The notes: generated from the letters alone by a model not told the origin. DNA of 64,000 nt from an uncultured Gammaproteobacteria bacterium (GCA_964535515.1 CAZHTA010000005.1:13-64012), one strand, 5' to 3'. Counted from the first letter of the stretch, positions 17,726 through 27,332 are shown. Numbers and translations: made by a program.

Positions 17726-18957
17726 AGATTACTTTTTTCTATTTTTACTTTAAGTATTTTGTTATGTAGATCTTTGTCTGATTTAACTGCAATTTTTAAA
17801 TATTCTGGCGTGTATCCTTCGTAAGAACCGTTTTTACTTTTGTTTTCAAACAACACTGATTTGGTTTGGTTGATGAATTGCTTGGTAAATTGTTTGGCAA
17901 CATTGTTAGCAATGAAAATTAATTCTTTGACACGTTGTTTTTTTGTTTTATCTATCACAGTTTCTTTCATACTCGCGGCTAATGTCCCGGGTCGTGAAGA
18001 AAAAGGGAATACATGCACTTTAGAAAATTGTATTTCTTTAACAAATTGTTTGGTTTGGGCAAAGTCTTTTTCGGTTTCACCAGGAAATCCAATAATGATA
18101 TCCGTGGTAAAAGAAAAAAATGGATAACGGGCGCGCATTTTCTTTGCAATTTCAGCATAATGCTTGGTTGTATATCCACGACGCATGTTTTTTAATACTG
18201 TGTCTGATCCAGATTGGAGAGATAGATGCCAATGGGGCATGAGACGAGTGTTTGGGTAAAGCTTGATTAGTTCCGGTGTGATTAAACGTGGGTCAAGTGA
18301 ACCAAGACGGATTCGTTTGATTTTAGTTTCTTTTAGTATTTTTTTAAGCAACCCAGATAGAGAAGTTCTTTTATCTTTGTATAGACAGATATTCACTCCT
18401 GTTAAAGTAACTTCTTGGTATTTCTTTTTTTCTAGCTCTTTTATTTTTGTAATAATATTTTTAACAGAAACGCTTTGTGTTTTTCCGCGAAAGTGGGGGA
18501 TGATGCAATAGGCACAAGAGAAATTGCAGCCAGTTTGAATTTTAAGAAAAGCACGAGTACGATTGAGTTGAGTGGGTTCTTTTTTGTTTGTGTTGGTTGG
18601 TTCAGATTCAGCTAGGTTCATTACTTGTTCAATGGCAAGTTCGTTGGTTGGAGCAACAAAATCAATTTCTGGTAAATCAGAGTTTTCTACACATCCTAAT
18701 ACGATTACAGTCTTTCCTAATTTTTTGGCCCGGCGGATTATTTCTCTGGTAGTTTGGGAGGCGTTACAAGTAACACCGCAGGCGCGGATAATTGCTACTT
18801 TTTCGGTAGTTAAAAAAGGTACAGTAGTCTGCCCTAATTTTTCTAGATTTTCTTTTAAATCCTCGGTTTCTGCCCAATTTAATTTGCAACCCAAGGTAAA
18901 GTAGGAAATGTTCATAAAATACGTGTGGATTATATCAAAAGGATATTTTTTGAGCAA
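17707..18957 (-). CDS. radical SAM methylthiotransferase, MiaB/RimO/MtaB family
   Basis: MTTase N-domain, CxxxCxxC radical SAM motif (CAYCIIPHFRG), TRAM-like C-terminus; true start likely internal Met (MNISYFTLGC). Confidence 0.75.
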   Translation of the reverse strand: MLKKYPFDIIHTYFMNISYFTLGCKLNWAETEDLKENLEKLGQTTVPFLTTEKVAIIRACGVTCNASQTTREIIRRAKKLGKTVIVLGCVENSDLPEIDFVAPTNELAIEQVMNLAESEPTNTNKKEPTQLNRTRAFLKIQTGCNFSCAYCIIPHFRGKTQSVSVKNIITKIKELEKKKYQEVTLTGVNICLYKDKRTSLSGLLKKILKETKIKRIRLGSLDPRLITPELIKLYPNTRLMPHWHLSLQSGSDTVLKNMRRGYTTKHYAEIAKKMRARYPFFSFTTDIIIGFPGETEKDFAQTKQFVKEIQFSKVHVFPFSSRPGTLAASMKETVIDKTKKQRVKELIFIANNVAKQFTKQFINQTKSVLFENKSKNGSYEGYTPEYLKIAVKSDKDLHNKILKVKIEKSNLKTNPD

Positions 18958-19013
18958 GTAACTTAGTTAAAAGAAAACCCACTCATATTACTATAAGTGG
19001 GTTTATATTTTTT

Positions 19014-19069
19014 AAAACCACCTCCCTTAAGCGACAATGTCTTATCATTTAAGGGAGTCGGGTGGTTTT
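19014..19069 (-). terminator. hairpin terminator downstream of GC-rich cassette 2
   Basis: aaaaccacctcccttaa ... ttaagggag-tcg-ggtggtttt imperfect inverted repeat followed (minus strand) by A/T run. Confidence 0.45.
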
Positions 19070-19156
19070 GAGAATCACGCCCGACATAAGGCAGGTGTGA
19101 TTGTTGGGAAAGGGCAATGGCCTTGGGTTGGGTAGGGCGGAGTAGCCGTCGTGGGT

Positions 19157-19582
19157 CTAGTCGTCCAGCGTGCCCGGTCTGTCGAGCGGAGCGTAGAGAC
19201 CCAGTATGGAGCACTTGAAATCGGGGTCGTCGGGCGGGTTTTGCCCGAAAGCGCTGCGCATCTCGCGCTCTGGGCTCTGGCCGAATGCTCCGGGCCAGTA
19301 CTCGGCCGGAACGCTCAGAGCGCCTTCACGGAAGAAAAGGCGCACGTGACCTTTCATGTCTTCGGATAGGTTGTCCCACGCCGCCTGGTCCGTATCCGCG
19401 AGGGCGGATTCTTCCAGGAGGTGCTCGAGCAGAACCGGAGGCGTCTGCTTTTGCCTTTCTGCCCACTCACGCGCTCGTGCCTTGCTAAAGAACGGGGTGG
19501 TGTAGATATGGTCGCCGTTGAAGAAGCGTCCGTGAGTCGGCAGCACTCCGCATTTGCAGAGTCTGAACGTAATGTCTGCCAT
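19157..19582 (-). CDS. hypothetical protein in GC-rich foreign-like cassette 2
   Basis: 141 aa, strong GC3 bias in this frame, AAGGAGG RBS 6 nt upstream of ATG, no recognisable domain. Confidence 0.5.
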   Translation of the reverse strand: MADITFRLCKCGVLPTHGRFFNGDHIYTTPFFSKARAREWAERQKQTPPVLLEHLLEESALADTDQAAWDNLSEDMKGHVRLFFREGALSVPAEYWPGAFGQSPEREMRSAFGQNPPDDPDFKCSILGLYAPLDRPGTLDD

Positions 19583-19750
19583 CGGTTCCTCCTTACTTAC
19601 CCAGTTGGTTGTCGCCTGTTATAGAGCCTAACACAGGGTGGTATTTTGTTCAAGATGCTTAGTGTTTATGTCTTGTTTTGCGATTTGTAGTTTTTTAATA
19701 TAGGGAGTACAATATATGACAATTAATTATTGCTGTTATTTTAAATAACA

Positions 19751-22700
19751 GTGTTTATTCTTAACCATCGCTCTATGCGTCTCACACGTCTTTTGCGAGC
19801 AGCCCTACTTGGAGTTGGGGTAGCACTTTTTGTGTTACTTTTAGCACCATCAGCAAAGGCTGCTTCAGTGACAGAATTAACTCTGGCACAAGTTCAGTCA
19901 GAAAGTTTGACAATTTTAACTTTTGAAGACAGCAAGATTGATCTGTTGTCAGGTTATTGGGATACAAAAGGAGTAAAGTTTTTTTCTAACAAGGGAAAAG
20001 CAATTTATGTTAGTAGTTATAACCGAGGCGGTGAGGCGACTGCATCAGGAGAGTATGCAATTGCTAATTATGCTGCTTATCCTAGTACCAGCGCTAATGA
20101 TCCGTTATTTATCGAATTTAAAAATCCAGCTAAATCAGTTGGTTTTTATTATGGTAATGGTAGTGGTTCTGAAACGGCGACAATCAGAGTGTATGGTAAA
20201 AACAATGTCTATCTTGGCTCTTTAACCAAAAGTAATGTCACTGATCCAGTAACCAATTTTGTTGGTTTAACTGCCAGTGAGTCAATTACGTATATTTCTT
20301 TAGATTACGGCAATACGTTACTAAGTGAGTCAATTGATAGTCTGGTTTTCTCAGCCGCTCCTTTGCAAGAGAAAACTTGTTCAGAAACTGATGGTGGCAA
20401 TAGTAAGTATTTAAAGGGTAAAAATACTATTTACAACACTGATGGCAGTATTTTCACTTCCTCAGAAGATTATTGTAAAGATTCACAGACGGTTACAGAA
20501 ATTACCTGTAATGGTGGTCAATGGGATATAACGTACGAGACTTGTGATGGTAAATGTCAGGATGGACAATGTGTAAAAGCTAATCCGACCTGCTCTGATA
20601 CTGATAATGGTTTGTTTTACAATGTGTTTGGTAAGACAACTGGCTCGGATGAGGTAACTAAAGTAAATAGCTCATATTCTGATTCTTGTGGTGGATATAT
20701 CGGTGAACAAGGAAAAGATAAAGGTGACTATCTTGCGGAAAAACATTGTAGTGGATCAACGGATGCCCCATATGTGCATACACAGTGGTATAAATGTCCA
20801 AACGGATGCCAGTCGGGTGTTTGTTTAGCAACTCCAGCTGTAACAGCACAAAAGACCTGTTCTGAGACTGACAATGGCAACAACAAGAACTTAAAGGGTA
20901 AAAATACTATTTACAACACCGACGGTAGTGTCCTTACTACTGCCGAAGATTATTGTAGAGACGGACGCACTGTTACAGAAATTACCTGTAATGGTGGTCA
21001 ATGGGATGTAACATACGAGACTTGTGCTGGCAATTGTCAGGAAGGGCAGTGTGTAGTTACTACTGAAGCAAGTAAGCCTGATCTTGGTATGTATGGATTC
21101 CTCACCATCGGTAAAGATCGTCGTGAAGTTAAATGGGGTGAAACCATTACTTTAACACCAGCAGATACAGTTTATGGTACAAAATCCGCCTGGTTTGATG
21201 TATCTTACACTCAAAAGAACTATGGTCTTGCTGCCGCTTATCGATATTACAATTATTTAACTTTTGACGGTAGTCTTTTGGCTTCCAAGTATACTGGTCA
21301 GCTATATATTGACAGTAAGTCTGAAATTAAAGGAAGAGTATTATTCCCATCAAAAGTTGGTGTACATACTTTAAAGATTAAGATTGATAACAATAACGTG
21401 GTTAATGAAGTAAGGGAAGATAATAATGATTTTGAAGTTACGGTTAAATTAGAAGGGTTTGATACACCAAATTACAATTTAAATGCTAAGCCGGTAATTT
21501 ATCAACCAGAATCTAATCAGACTTTAACCAACTATCCACGTCAGGCATTCTTGAGTTGGTCTAGTGTGAAGGATGCTAATAATTACAACATTGAAGTTGC
21601 TTGTGATGTCTGCAATTTCCCAGAATGGACATCAGTACAAAAGACTCAGTCGGCAACTAACTATTCTACTACTCCTCCTTTAGCGGGTGATAATCGTTTC
21701 CGCGCTCGTGTTCAGGGGGTTTACCCAGATGGTAGTACTGGCGCTTGGTCAGAATGGAGATATTTTAAATATGATACTTCCAAATATTCTGACAATGGAC
21801 CGCGTTGTAGTGATGTTAAGGGCGGCAATGTGACCTTCTTGGTTTGTGAAGATTTTGCTGTGGATCATTTTTGGAGTGGATCCAAGATTTACTTGAATAG
21901 TTTTGATAACAATGGTGCTAGTGTAACTTTAAAGAATCTTAGTGGTACTAGTGCTTATTTGGAAAAGGGTAAAATGTACACTTACAATGTCACTAACAAA
22001 CCAGGTAAATATGTTGAAGTAACATATCTTGGTACTGGATCTTGGGGTAGGGCAGTGGTTAAAGTTAATTCCAATACCACCTATGAAAACTCTAATGATT
22101 ACCTATCTCAATCCAAGTGTGTAAATAGTTGGGGTAGTGATGGGTTGTATAGTTTGTGTGTAGGAAAGACTTTGTACCATAACGATGGCTGGACGATTAC
22201 CAATGTACAACAAAACAGTCAATATGTTTGGTTGAAAGTAAAATGGGCAAATAAAACTACCAAACAAATCAAAGTTAAGCTTAACACTATTAAAGAGATA
22301 GACAAACCAGGCGTAGATGAGTCCGTTGAGTTCAGCTATGTTAAATACCAGTCTAAATCTAAAGCTTTAATTAAAGTTAGTACTAACTTTGCTGAATCAG
22401 ATATTGTAGTTGATGAAACCATCCCAAACGAAACGGGTGTTGTCAGTGGTAACATCTATGTTGATTTCGGAGTGGGAGTAAATGACTATCCTGATCACAA
22501 GGATAATAGTAAGACTAAAAATTTAACCTACGGCTACGTAAATATGTACACTGTGGCTGTGGAGGATGGTAAATTTAAAGTTAAAGGTGTAAATCGTAGT
22601 CAGGTTAGCAGTAGTAATAATAACGGAGCGATGTTTAGTGTTACTCCTGGCCAGATAGTTGATTTTGCTGGTTTTAAAACATTGAGTGGTGCAATTAATG

Positions 22701-22876
22701 CTGCTAATAACAAAATCGGCACATCATTTACTGCTCCACCGCCATACAAGAATTTTGGTAATAAGGTGGGTACTCTTTGTCAGACTAATTGGATGGATAT
22801 AAACAATGTGTTGAAAATAGCTTCTGACAATAGTGAATCATGCGCTACTAGCATAAGTACACCATATCAAGATTGA
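19751..22876 (+). CDS. large secreted/surface protein with N-terminal signal anchor and tandem Cys-rich modules
   Basis: 1041 aa, N-terminal hydrophobic segment, repeated ~68-aa 6-Cys module, Asn/Ser/Thr-rich beta-type sequence. Confidence 0.75.
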   Translation: MFILNHRSMRLTRLLRAALLGVGVALFVLLLAPSAKAASVTELTLAQVQSESLTILTFEDSKIDLLSGYWDTKGVKFFSNKGKAIYVSSYNRGGEATASGEYAIANYAAYPSTSANDPLFIEFKNPAKSVGFYYGNGSGSETATIRVYGKNNVYLGSLTKSNVTDPVTNFVGLTASESITYISLDYGNTLLSESIDSLVFSAAPLQEKTCSETDGGNSKYLKGKNTIYNTDGSIFTSSEDYCKDSQTVTEITCNGGQWDITYETCDGKCQDGQCVKANPTCSDTDNGLFYNVFGKTTGSDEVTKVNSSYSDSCGGYIGEQGKDKGDYLAEKHCSGSTDAPYVHTQWYKCPNGCQSGVCLATPAVTAQKTCSETDNGNNKNLKGKNTIYNTDGSVLTTAEDYCRDGRTVTEITCNGGQWDVTYETCAGNCQEGQCVVTTEASKPDLGMYGFLTIGKDRREVKWGETITLTPADTVYGTKSAWFDVSYTQKNYGLAAAYRYYNYLTFDGSLLASKYTGQLYIDSKSEIKGRVLFPSKVGVHTLKIKIDNNNVVNEVREDNNDFEVTVKLEGFDTPNYNLNAKPVIYQPESNQTLTNYPRQAFLSWSSVKDANNYNIEVACDVCNFPEWTSVQKTQSATNYSTTPPLAGDNRFRARVQGVYPDGSTGAWSEWRYFKYDTSKYSDNGPRCSDVKGGNVTFLVCEDFAVDHFWSGSKIYLNSFDNNGASVTLKNLSGTSAYLEKGKMYTYNVTNKPGKYVEVTYLGTGSWGRAVVKVNSNTTYENSNDYLSQSKCVNSWGSDGLYSLCVGKTLYHNDGWTITNVQQNSQYVWLKVKWANKTTKQIKVKLNTIKEIDKPGVDESVEFSYVKYQSKSKALIKVSTNFAESDIVVDETIPNETGVVSGNIYVDFGVGVNDYPDHKDNSKTKNLTYGYVNMYTVAVEDGKFKVKGVNRSQVSSSNNNGAMFSVTPGQIVDFAGFKTLSGAINAANNKIGTSFTAPPPYKNFGNKVGTLCQTNWMDINNVLKIASDNSESCATSISTPYQD
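20373..20575 (+). repeat. intragenic repeat copy 1 (Cys-rich module KTCSETDGGNSKYLKGKNTIYNTDGS...CQDGQCV)
   Basis: About 80-85% nucleotide identity by eye to 20850-21055. Confidence 0.7.
20850..21055 (+). repeat. intragenic repeat copy 2 (Cys-rich module)
   Basis: Near-identical stretch gggtaaaaatactatttacaacac shared with copy 1; degenerate third copy lies between. Confidence 0.7.
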
Positions 22877-22885
22877 TAATTTTAA

Positions 22886-22935
22886 CTACTAAAGTAGTTG
22901 CATAAAGCCTCGTTTAACAGCGGGGCTTTGTGATT
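22886..22935 (+). terminator. two consecutive terminator hairpins after surface-protein gene
   Basis: aactactaaagtagtt palindrome and aagcctcg-tttaacag-cggggctt hairpin followed by T-rich tract. Confidence 0.5.
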
Positions 22936-23018
22936 AAATAGAGTATGTTTAGATATTGCCAGAGACTAAATGAGATGGTAAAATATATTTGTAAATTTGA
23001 AAAAAGTTTTAATTATAT

Positions 23019-23420
23019 ATGGAACCAGAAAAATTTAAGATTTGGTGGGATCAAGATTTAGGTGTTTGTCATGTTGTTTTGTTTGGAGCGCAAGACGAGG
23101 ATAGTGCTCTGTTGGCGGTAGAAAAGGAACAAGAGATGATGGATTTTTTTAGAGAGAACGAAATATCTGATGTTGGCGTTCTTTTTGATATTCGTGAAGC
23201 AGGTAAAGCAACCAAACAGGCTAAAGAAATATTTGCTACATATTTAAAAAAGATAGGAAAAGAATTTCCAGGAGTTCGTATTGCTTATGTAGGAGGGCCA
23301 AGAATTGCTGTTTTGGCCACTTTGTTTATTCACAAGATTGGTGGTATGCGCGGGGCGATTAAATTTTTTAATGATGATGTTCCGGCTTTAAAGTGGCTTA
23401 GTAAAACTCGCATTACGTAG
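23019..23420 (+). CDS. hypothetical protein
   Basis: 133 aa ORF with AT-rich codon usage consistent with backbone; no motif recognised. Confidence 0.45.
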   Translation: MEPEKFKIWWDQDLGVCHVVLFGAQDEDSALLAVEKEQEMMDFFRENEISDVGVLFDIREAGKATKQAKEIFATYLKKIGKEFPGVRIAYVGGPRIAVLATLFIHKIGGMRGAIKFFNDDVPALKWLSKTRIT

Positions 23421-23432
23421 TTAGAGTAAACA

Positions 23433-23502
23433 AAAAAATTGTCCAATCTCCTTGATTTAATTCCAAATTATTTTAGAAGTAAATCATGGTGGACAATTTT
23501 TT
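23433..23502. repeat. palindromic element A: 13-bp terminal inverted repeats AAAAAATTGTCCA/TGGACAATTTTTT flanking 44-nt core containing CTCCTTGATTTAATTC
   Basis: Perfect 13-bp inverted repeat; homologous in architecture and core motif to element at 24074-24144. Confidence 0.6.
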
Positions 23503-23601
23503 GTATTCCTCCTATCATCCCTCCCGTTTTCCCGGGAGGATCAGGTGTGTGTTCGGGTGTGGGGTGGATTGCGACAGAATCGTCGCTCTTGGGGGGGGTA
23601 G

Positions 23602-23970
23602 CTAAGGCTTGGCGGCGTTGACCTCGGCGTTGACCTCCTGCATCCACTGCCCGATGACGGTGAGGGTGACGCCGGTCGAGGTGAGCTTGTTGATCACCAC
23701 CGACATTCCGAAGAGCACGATCGTTTCGGGAGCGAAGCCCTCAGCGTCGCCGTTGGCCCGGGAGTGGTCGAGAACCTCCCGGTAGGTGCCCTTGAAGAGG
23801 TCCTCTTCCGACTGGGACGGCACCCGCAGGTTGCCCACCTCCGTGGGCAAGATGTTGCCGCACTTCGTGCACATGACGACGTATCCGTTTCCGGATTCGC
23901 CGCGCATGACCTTGTGCAGGTGGTTGCACACGCACTCTGGACACCACGCGCTACGCATGAAGAGATACAT
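23602..23970 (-). CDS. zinc-ribbon protein in GC-rich foreign-like cassette 3
   Basis: 122 aa, N-terminal CPEC...CTKC zinc-ribbon, high GC3, promoter-like TTGACA with flanking direct repeats upstream. Confidence 0.5.
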   Translation of the reverse strand: MYLFMRSAWCPECVCNHLHKVMRGESGNGYVVMCTKCGNILPTEVGNLRVPSQSEEDLFKGTYREVLDHSRANGDAEGFAPETIVLFGMSVVINKLTSTGVTLTVIGQWMQEVNAEVNAAKP

Positions 23971-24015
23971 GGTGGGGCATCCCCCGATTTGTTGGTCCGT
24001 AATTTTTTAATCACT

Positions 24016-24042
24016 ATTACAGGAGATTGTCAATATTACAGG
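24016..24042. promoter_or_regulatory. direct repeats TATTACAGG x2 bracketing a minus-strand TTGACA -35 hexamer (candidate operator of zinc-ribbon gene)
   Basis: tattacagg agattgtcaa tattacagg on plus strand; reverse complement gives cctgtaata-TTGACA-atctcctgtaata. Confidence 0.4.
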
Positions 24043-24073
24043 TAATTTTTAAATAAATAATTATTAAAACAAA

Positions 24074-24144
24074 AAACAGTCCATAAACCTCCTTGATTAA
24101 TTCTCAACTTTTATATTAAGAATTAATGTTGGGATGGACTGTTT
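24074..24144. repeat. palindromic element B: 11-bp terminal inverted repeats AAACAGTCCAT/ATGGACTGTTT with nested inner hairpin and CCTCCTTGATTAATTC core
   Basis: Same architecture and core motif as element A; inner inverted repeat ATTAATTCT/AGAATTAAT. Confidence 0.6.
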
Positions 24145-24527
24145 GATGTTCGCGCCGATCCGTGCCTGGGAGTCCGTGCTCCCAGGACTTATTCAATGCT
24201 GCCTATTCGGCAACAACTGGGGGTGGAAGATGGGCGATCTCGTCCATCATATCCAGGTAGATGTGAAGAAGCAGTGACTTCTCCGGCGGACGGGGGCTTT
24301 CGATGCCTCGAATCTTGTCCAAGAACTCCAACTTCGTCATCCTTGTTTCCGACGCGGTTGTTTAATTAAATAGTACACCTTTAAGAGTCGATTGACAATA
24401 ATAAAGTTCGAACCCCTCCCGCCCTCAACCAAAATCACCCACACCGCTTGGAATTGGCAAACTTATTTCGGCTCTAATATCAGCAGAAAACAAAAGAACC
24501 TCGAACATGATTCGAGATTCCATCTTG

Positions 24528-24600
<73 letters not shown>

Positions 24601-24715
24601 AATGGACTTGGCAACTTTTTAATGATATACTATTTTTGTATAAATAGCAAGATTCGCTTGTGGAAAATTGCTAAATTGTTGATTAAAATATTATCATTTA
24701 TTAAATAATAAGTCA

Positions 24716-25294
24716 ATGTTTATGTTAAATAAAAAATATTTACAGGTTTTACGTGGTCAGGTGCTTGGTTATGCGGTTAAACGCCGGGAGGTGATAAAGA
24801 TAGCCGGAGACGCCCAACACCACGCTAAAAGGGCAATTTTTGGCTTCCAGAGGGACGATAAGAAGGCAGGGGAGGAATCCATGCGTTCAGCCAATGCCCT
24901 CTTGCTAGAGCTTAATAAAAAGTTCAAGGGTGATAAAGCACTTTTTGACGAGGGGTCATATTTAGCCGCTACGGAAGAGTATGTTGAAGCATATTTATTT
25001 CAACAATTTTGGTTAGGCAAAGAACTAGGGAAGATAACGGGTCTCATTGTTGATGCTGACACATACATTGGTGGTTTGTGTGATTTACCAGGTGAATTGT
25101 ATCGTTATGCCATTAAATCAGCTACTGCTAAGAATTTTGTTATGGTAGAAAAGTGCTATAAAGTATCCGAGGAGATTATTGGTGAATTAATGGATATGGA
25201 TTTGACTGGGTACAACCGCAACAAGTTTGATCAGGCAAAGGGTGCGTTGCATAAATTAGAACAAGTAGTATACGAAGTGAGTTTGCGTAAGTAA
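24716..25294 (+). CDS. hypothetical all-alpha protein (possibly translin-like)
   Basis: 192 aa; weak resemblance to translin family only; low certainty. Confidence 0.45.
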   Translation: MFMLNKKYLQVLRGQVLGYAVKRREVIKIAGDAQHHAKRAIFGFQRDDKKAGEESMRSANALLLELNKKFKGDKALFDEGSYLAATEEYVEAYLFQQFWLGKELGKITGLIVDADTYIGGLCDLPGELYRYAIKSATAKNFVMVEKCYKVSEEIIGELMDMDLTGYNRNKFDQAKGALHKLEQVVYEVSLRK

Positions 25295-25298
25295 AATT

Positions 25299-26606
25299 AT
25301 GTTGGTGAAGTATTTAAAAAAATTAAAACATTTTTTAATTGCCGTAACAGCATATTGGTATTACGGCCGTCCGGCACGTAAATTAATTGTTGTTGGTGTT
25401 ACTGGCACCAAAGGTAAGTCAACGACTTGTCGGTTAGTTGCTTCGGTTTTAGAAGCGGGTGGTTTTAAGGTTGGTTTGCTTTCAACGGTTGAGTTTCAAA
25501 TTGATGATAAAAGATTTCCTAATGACAAGAAGATGACGATGTTGGGTTTGGGTCAAATTCAAAAGATGTTACGAGAAATGGTTAAAGCCGGTTGTAAATA
25601 TGCGGTAGTAGAAACGTCTTCTGAGGGTATCATGCAATATCGTCATTATGGTTTGAATTATGACATTGCGGTATTTACCAATTTAGGCACAGAACATTCT
25701 GAACGTCATGGTGGTTTTGAAAATTTAAAACAAGATAAAGGAAAAATGTTTGCAGCTTTGAATGTTAAGCGTAAAAAAATTGGTGGTAAGATAGTACCTA
25801 AAGTGATTGTTGTTAATGTTGATGACCAACATTCTGATTACTATTTAAATTTTCTCGCGGATGAGAAGTGGGGCTTTGGTTTAGACGCTAGCAAAGAGAA
25901 GGGGTTAGGAGATCGAACGATTAGGGGTGAAATAGTTGGGAGTGAATCCGGTCGTTCACAGTTTTTAGTTGGTGGTGAAAAATACAGTCTAAATATTATC
26001 GGTGATTTTAATGTTTACAATGCGTTGGCGGCAGTAGCGGTTGGTAAGTCACAAGGGTTAAACCCAATTCAAATTGCCTCTGGACTAGAGAGTGTTAAGC
26101 AAGTTGAAGGGCGGGTGGAATTCGTTGATTGTGGTCAATCTTTTAAAGTGGTAGTTGATTATGCACATGAACCAATGAGTTTGGCAGCTTTGTTTAAAAC
26201 CTTAAAAAGTTTGGTTGCTAAAGATAATGGTAAGGTCATTGCGGTTATCGGTTCTGACGGTGGGGGGAGAGATGTGAGTAAACGTGGGAAAATGGGGAAA
26301 GTGACGGGAGAGATGGCGGATATTGTAGTAGTAACCGATGTAAATTGTTTTGATGAAGATCCAAAGGCGATTGCGGAGATGTTGGCGGCGGGGGCGCGCG
26401 AAGCAGGAAAAGTGGATGGCAAGGATTTGTTTATCGAAGTTGATCGCCGCAAAGGGATAGAACTCGCGATTAAGTTAGCTCATCCAGGGGATGCGGTGGC
26501 AATTACTGCTAAAGGCACTGAACCATGCTTAGTGGTAGCGGGCGGCAAAAGATTACCTTGGGATGATCGAGTAGTTGCTAAAGAAATATTACAATCATTT
26601 AAATAA
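25299..26606 (+). CDS. Mur ligase family protein (MurE/MurF-like ATP-dependent amide ligase)
   Basis: P-loop VTGTKGKSTT typical of Mur ligases, central and C-terminal Mur ligase domains; 435 aa. Confidence 0.65.
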   Translation: MLVKYLKKLKHFLIAVTAYWYYGRPARKLIVVGVTGTKGKSTTCRLVASVLEAGGFKVGLLSTVEFQIDDKRFPNDKKMTMLGLGQIQKMLREMVKAGCKYAVVETSSEGIMQYRHYGLNYDIAVFTNLGTEHSERHGGFENLKQDKGKMFAALNVKRKKIGGKIVPKVIVVNVDDQHSDYYLNFLADEKWGFGLDASKEKGLGDRTIRGEIVGSESGRSQFLVGGEKYSLNIIGDFNVYNALAAVAVGKSQGLNPIQIASGLESVKQVEGRVEFVDCGQSFKVVVDYAHEPMSLAALFKTLKSLVAKDNGKVIAVIGSDGGGRDVSKRGKMGKVTGEMADIVVVTDVNCFDEDPKAIAEMLAAGAREAGKVDGKDLFIEVDRRKGIELAIKLAHPGDAVAITAKGTEPCLVVAGGKRLPWDDRVVAKEILQSFK

Positions 26607-26611
26607 TACAT

Positions 26612-27283
26612 ATGTCTTTAGAAAAAAAGATTCAACTACGTCCAAGTGAAGAGATCAATTTAGTTGTTCGTCGTTCAGGCGCGACTTTTGCTTGGCGATA
26701 TATTTTGGGCTTTGGTATTTTATTTGCCACTGCTTTTTACTTGTTTTGGTTTTTGTCTCAAGGGTGGTGGGGGACAGCAGTTGTTAGTTTGGGTTTTTTA
26801 GTGGGCGTGTATGTGATATTTCATGCTTGGTTTTTTTGGAAAAACAATATGTTGGTGGTAACCGACGAACGGGTGATTGATATTAATCGTTTAGGTTGGT
26901 TTGAGGAATTAATTTCAACTGCCGCTTACAATGATATTAAAGATATCTATCTTCATCGTAAAGGTTTTTTTGCCAGTATTTTTAATTACGCCACCGTGGT
27001 AATTGAAAGCAAAAGCCAGCGGGCGTTATTAGAATTGCCAGCTGTATCTGAGCCAGAGAAGGTTTTGGCTTTGGTGTTGGACAAAAATGATCAGTATGAA
27101 AGTCGTCGGGGTTTACTAAAAAAGCAGGCGGTCTATGAGCGATTTCTACAAATTGTTCCTGAACTTTCAGAAGCAGAGTTGTGTGAGGTGTTAGACTTGG
27201 TTGATTTGCGTTTGGCTAATATGGCTAGTGAAGTGACGGAAGTGCCGATTGAGGTTGATGAAGATGAGGAAGAAGTGGTATAA
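26612..27283 (+). CDS. membrane protein with bacterial PH-like domain, acidic C-terminus
   Basis: Two TM helices then YdbS/bPH-like region; 223 aa. Confidence 0.45.
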   Translation: MSLEKKIQLRPSEEINLVVRRSGATFAWRYILGFGILFATAFYLFWFLSQGWWGTAVVSLGFLVGVYVIFHAWFFWKNNMLVVTDERVIDINRLGWFEELISTAAYNDIKDIYLHRKGFFASIFNYATVVIESKSQRALLELPAVSEPEKVLALVLDKNDQYESRRGLLKKQAVYERFLQIVPELSEAELCEVLDLVDLRLANMASEVTEVPIEVDEDEEEVV

Positions 27284-27332
27284 TTACCACATATTCCTAA
27301 TTGGGGAAATTTTGGTATTTAAGTAATTTGTT

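Noticed and set aside
23439-23621. 60-aa plus-strand ORF spanning element A, the terminator hairpin and the G8 tract
   Set aside because: Crosses structured non-coding elements and a homopolymer; no RBS; Pro/Gly/Ser low complexity.
23433-24144. Elements A and B as integron attC sites
   Set aside because: They lack the RYYYAAC ... GTTRRRY core and the extrahelical-base architecture of attC. No intI gene is in the window.
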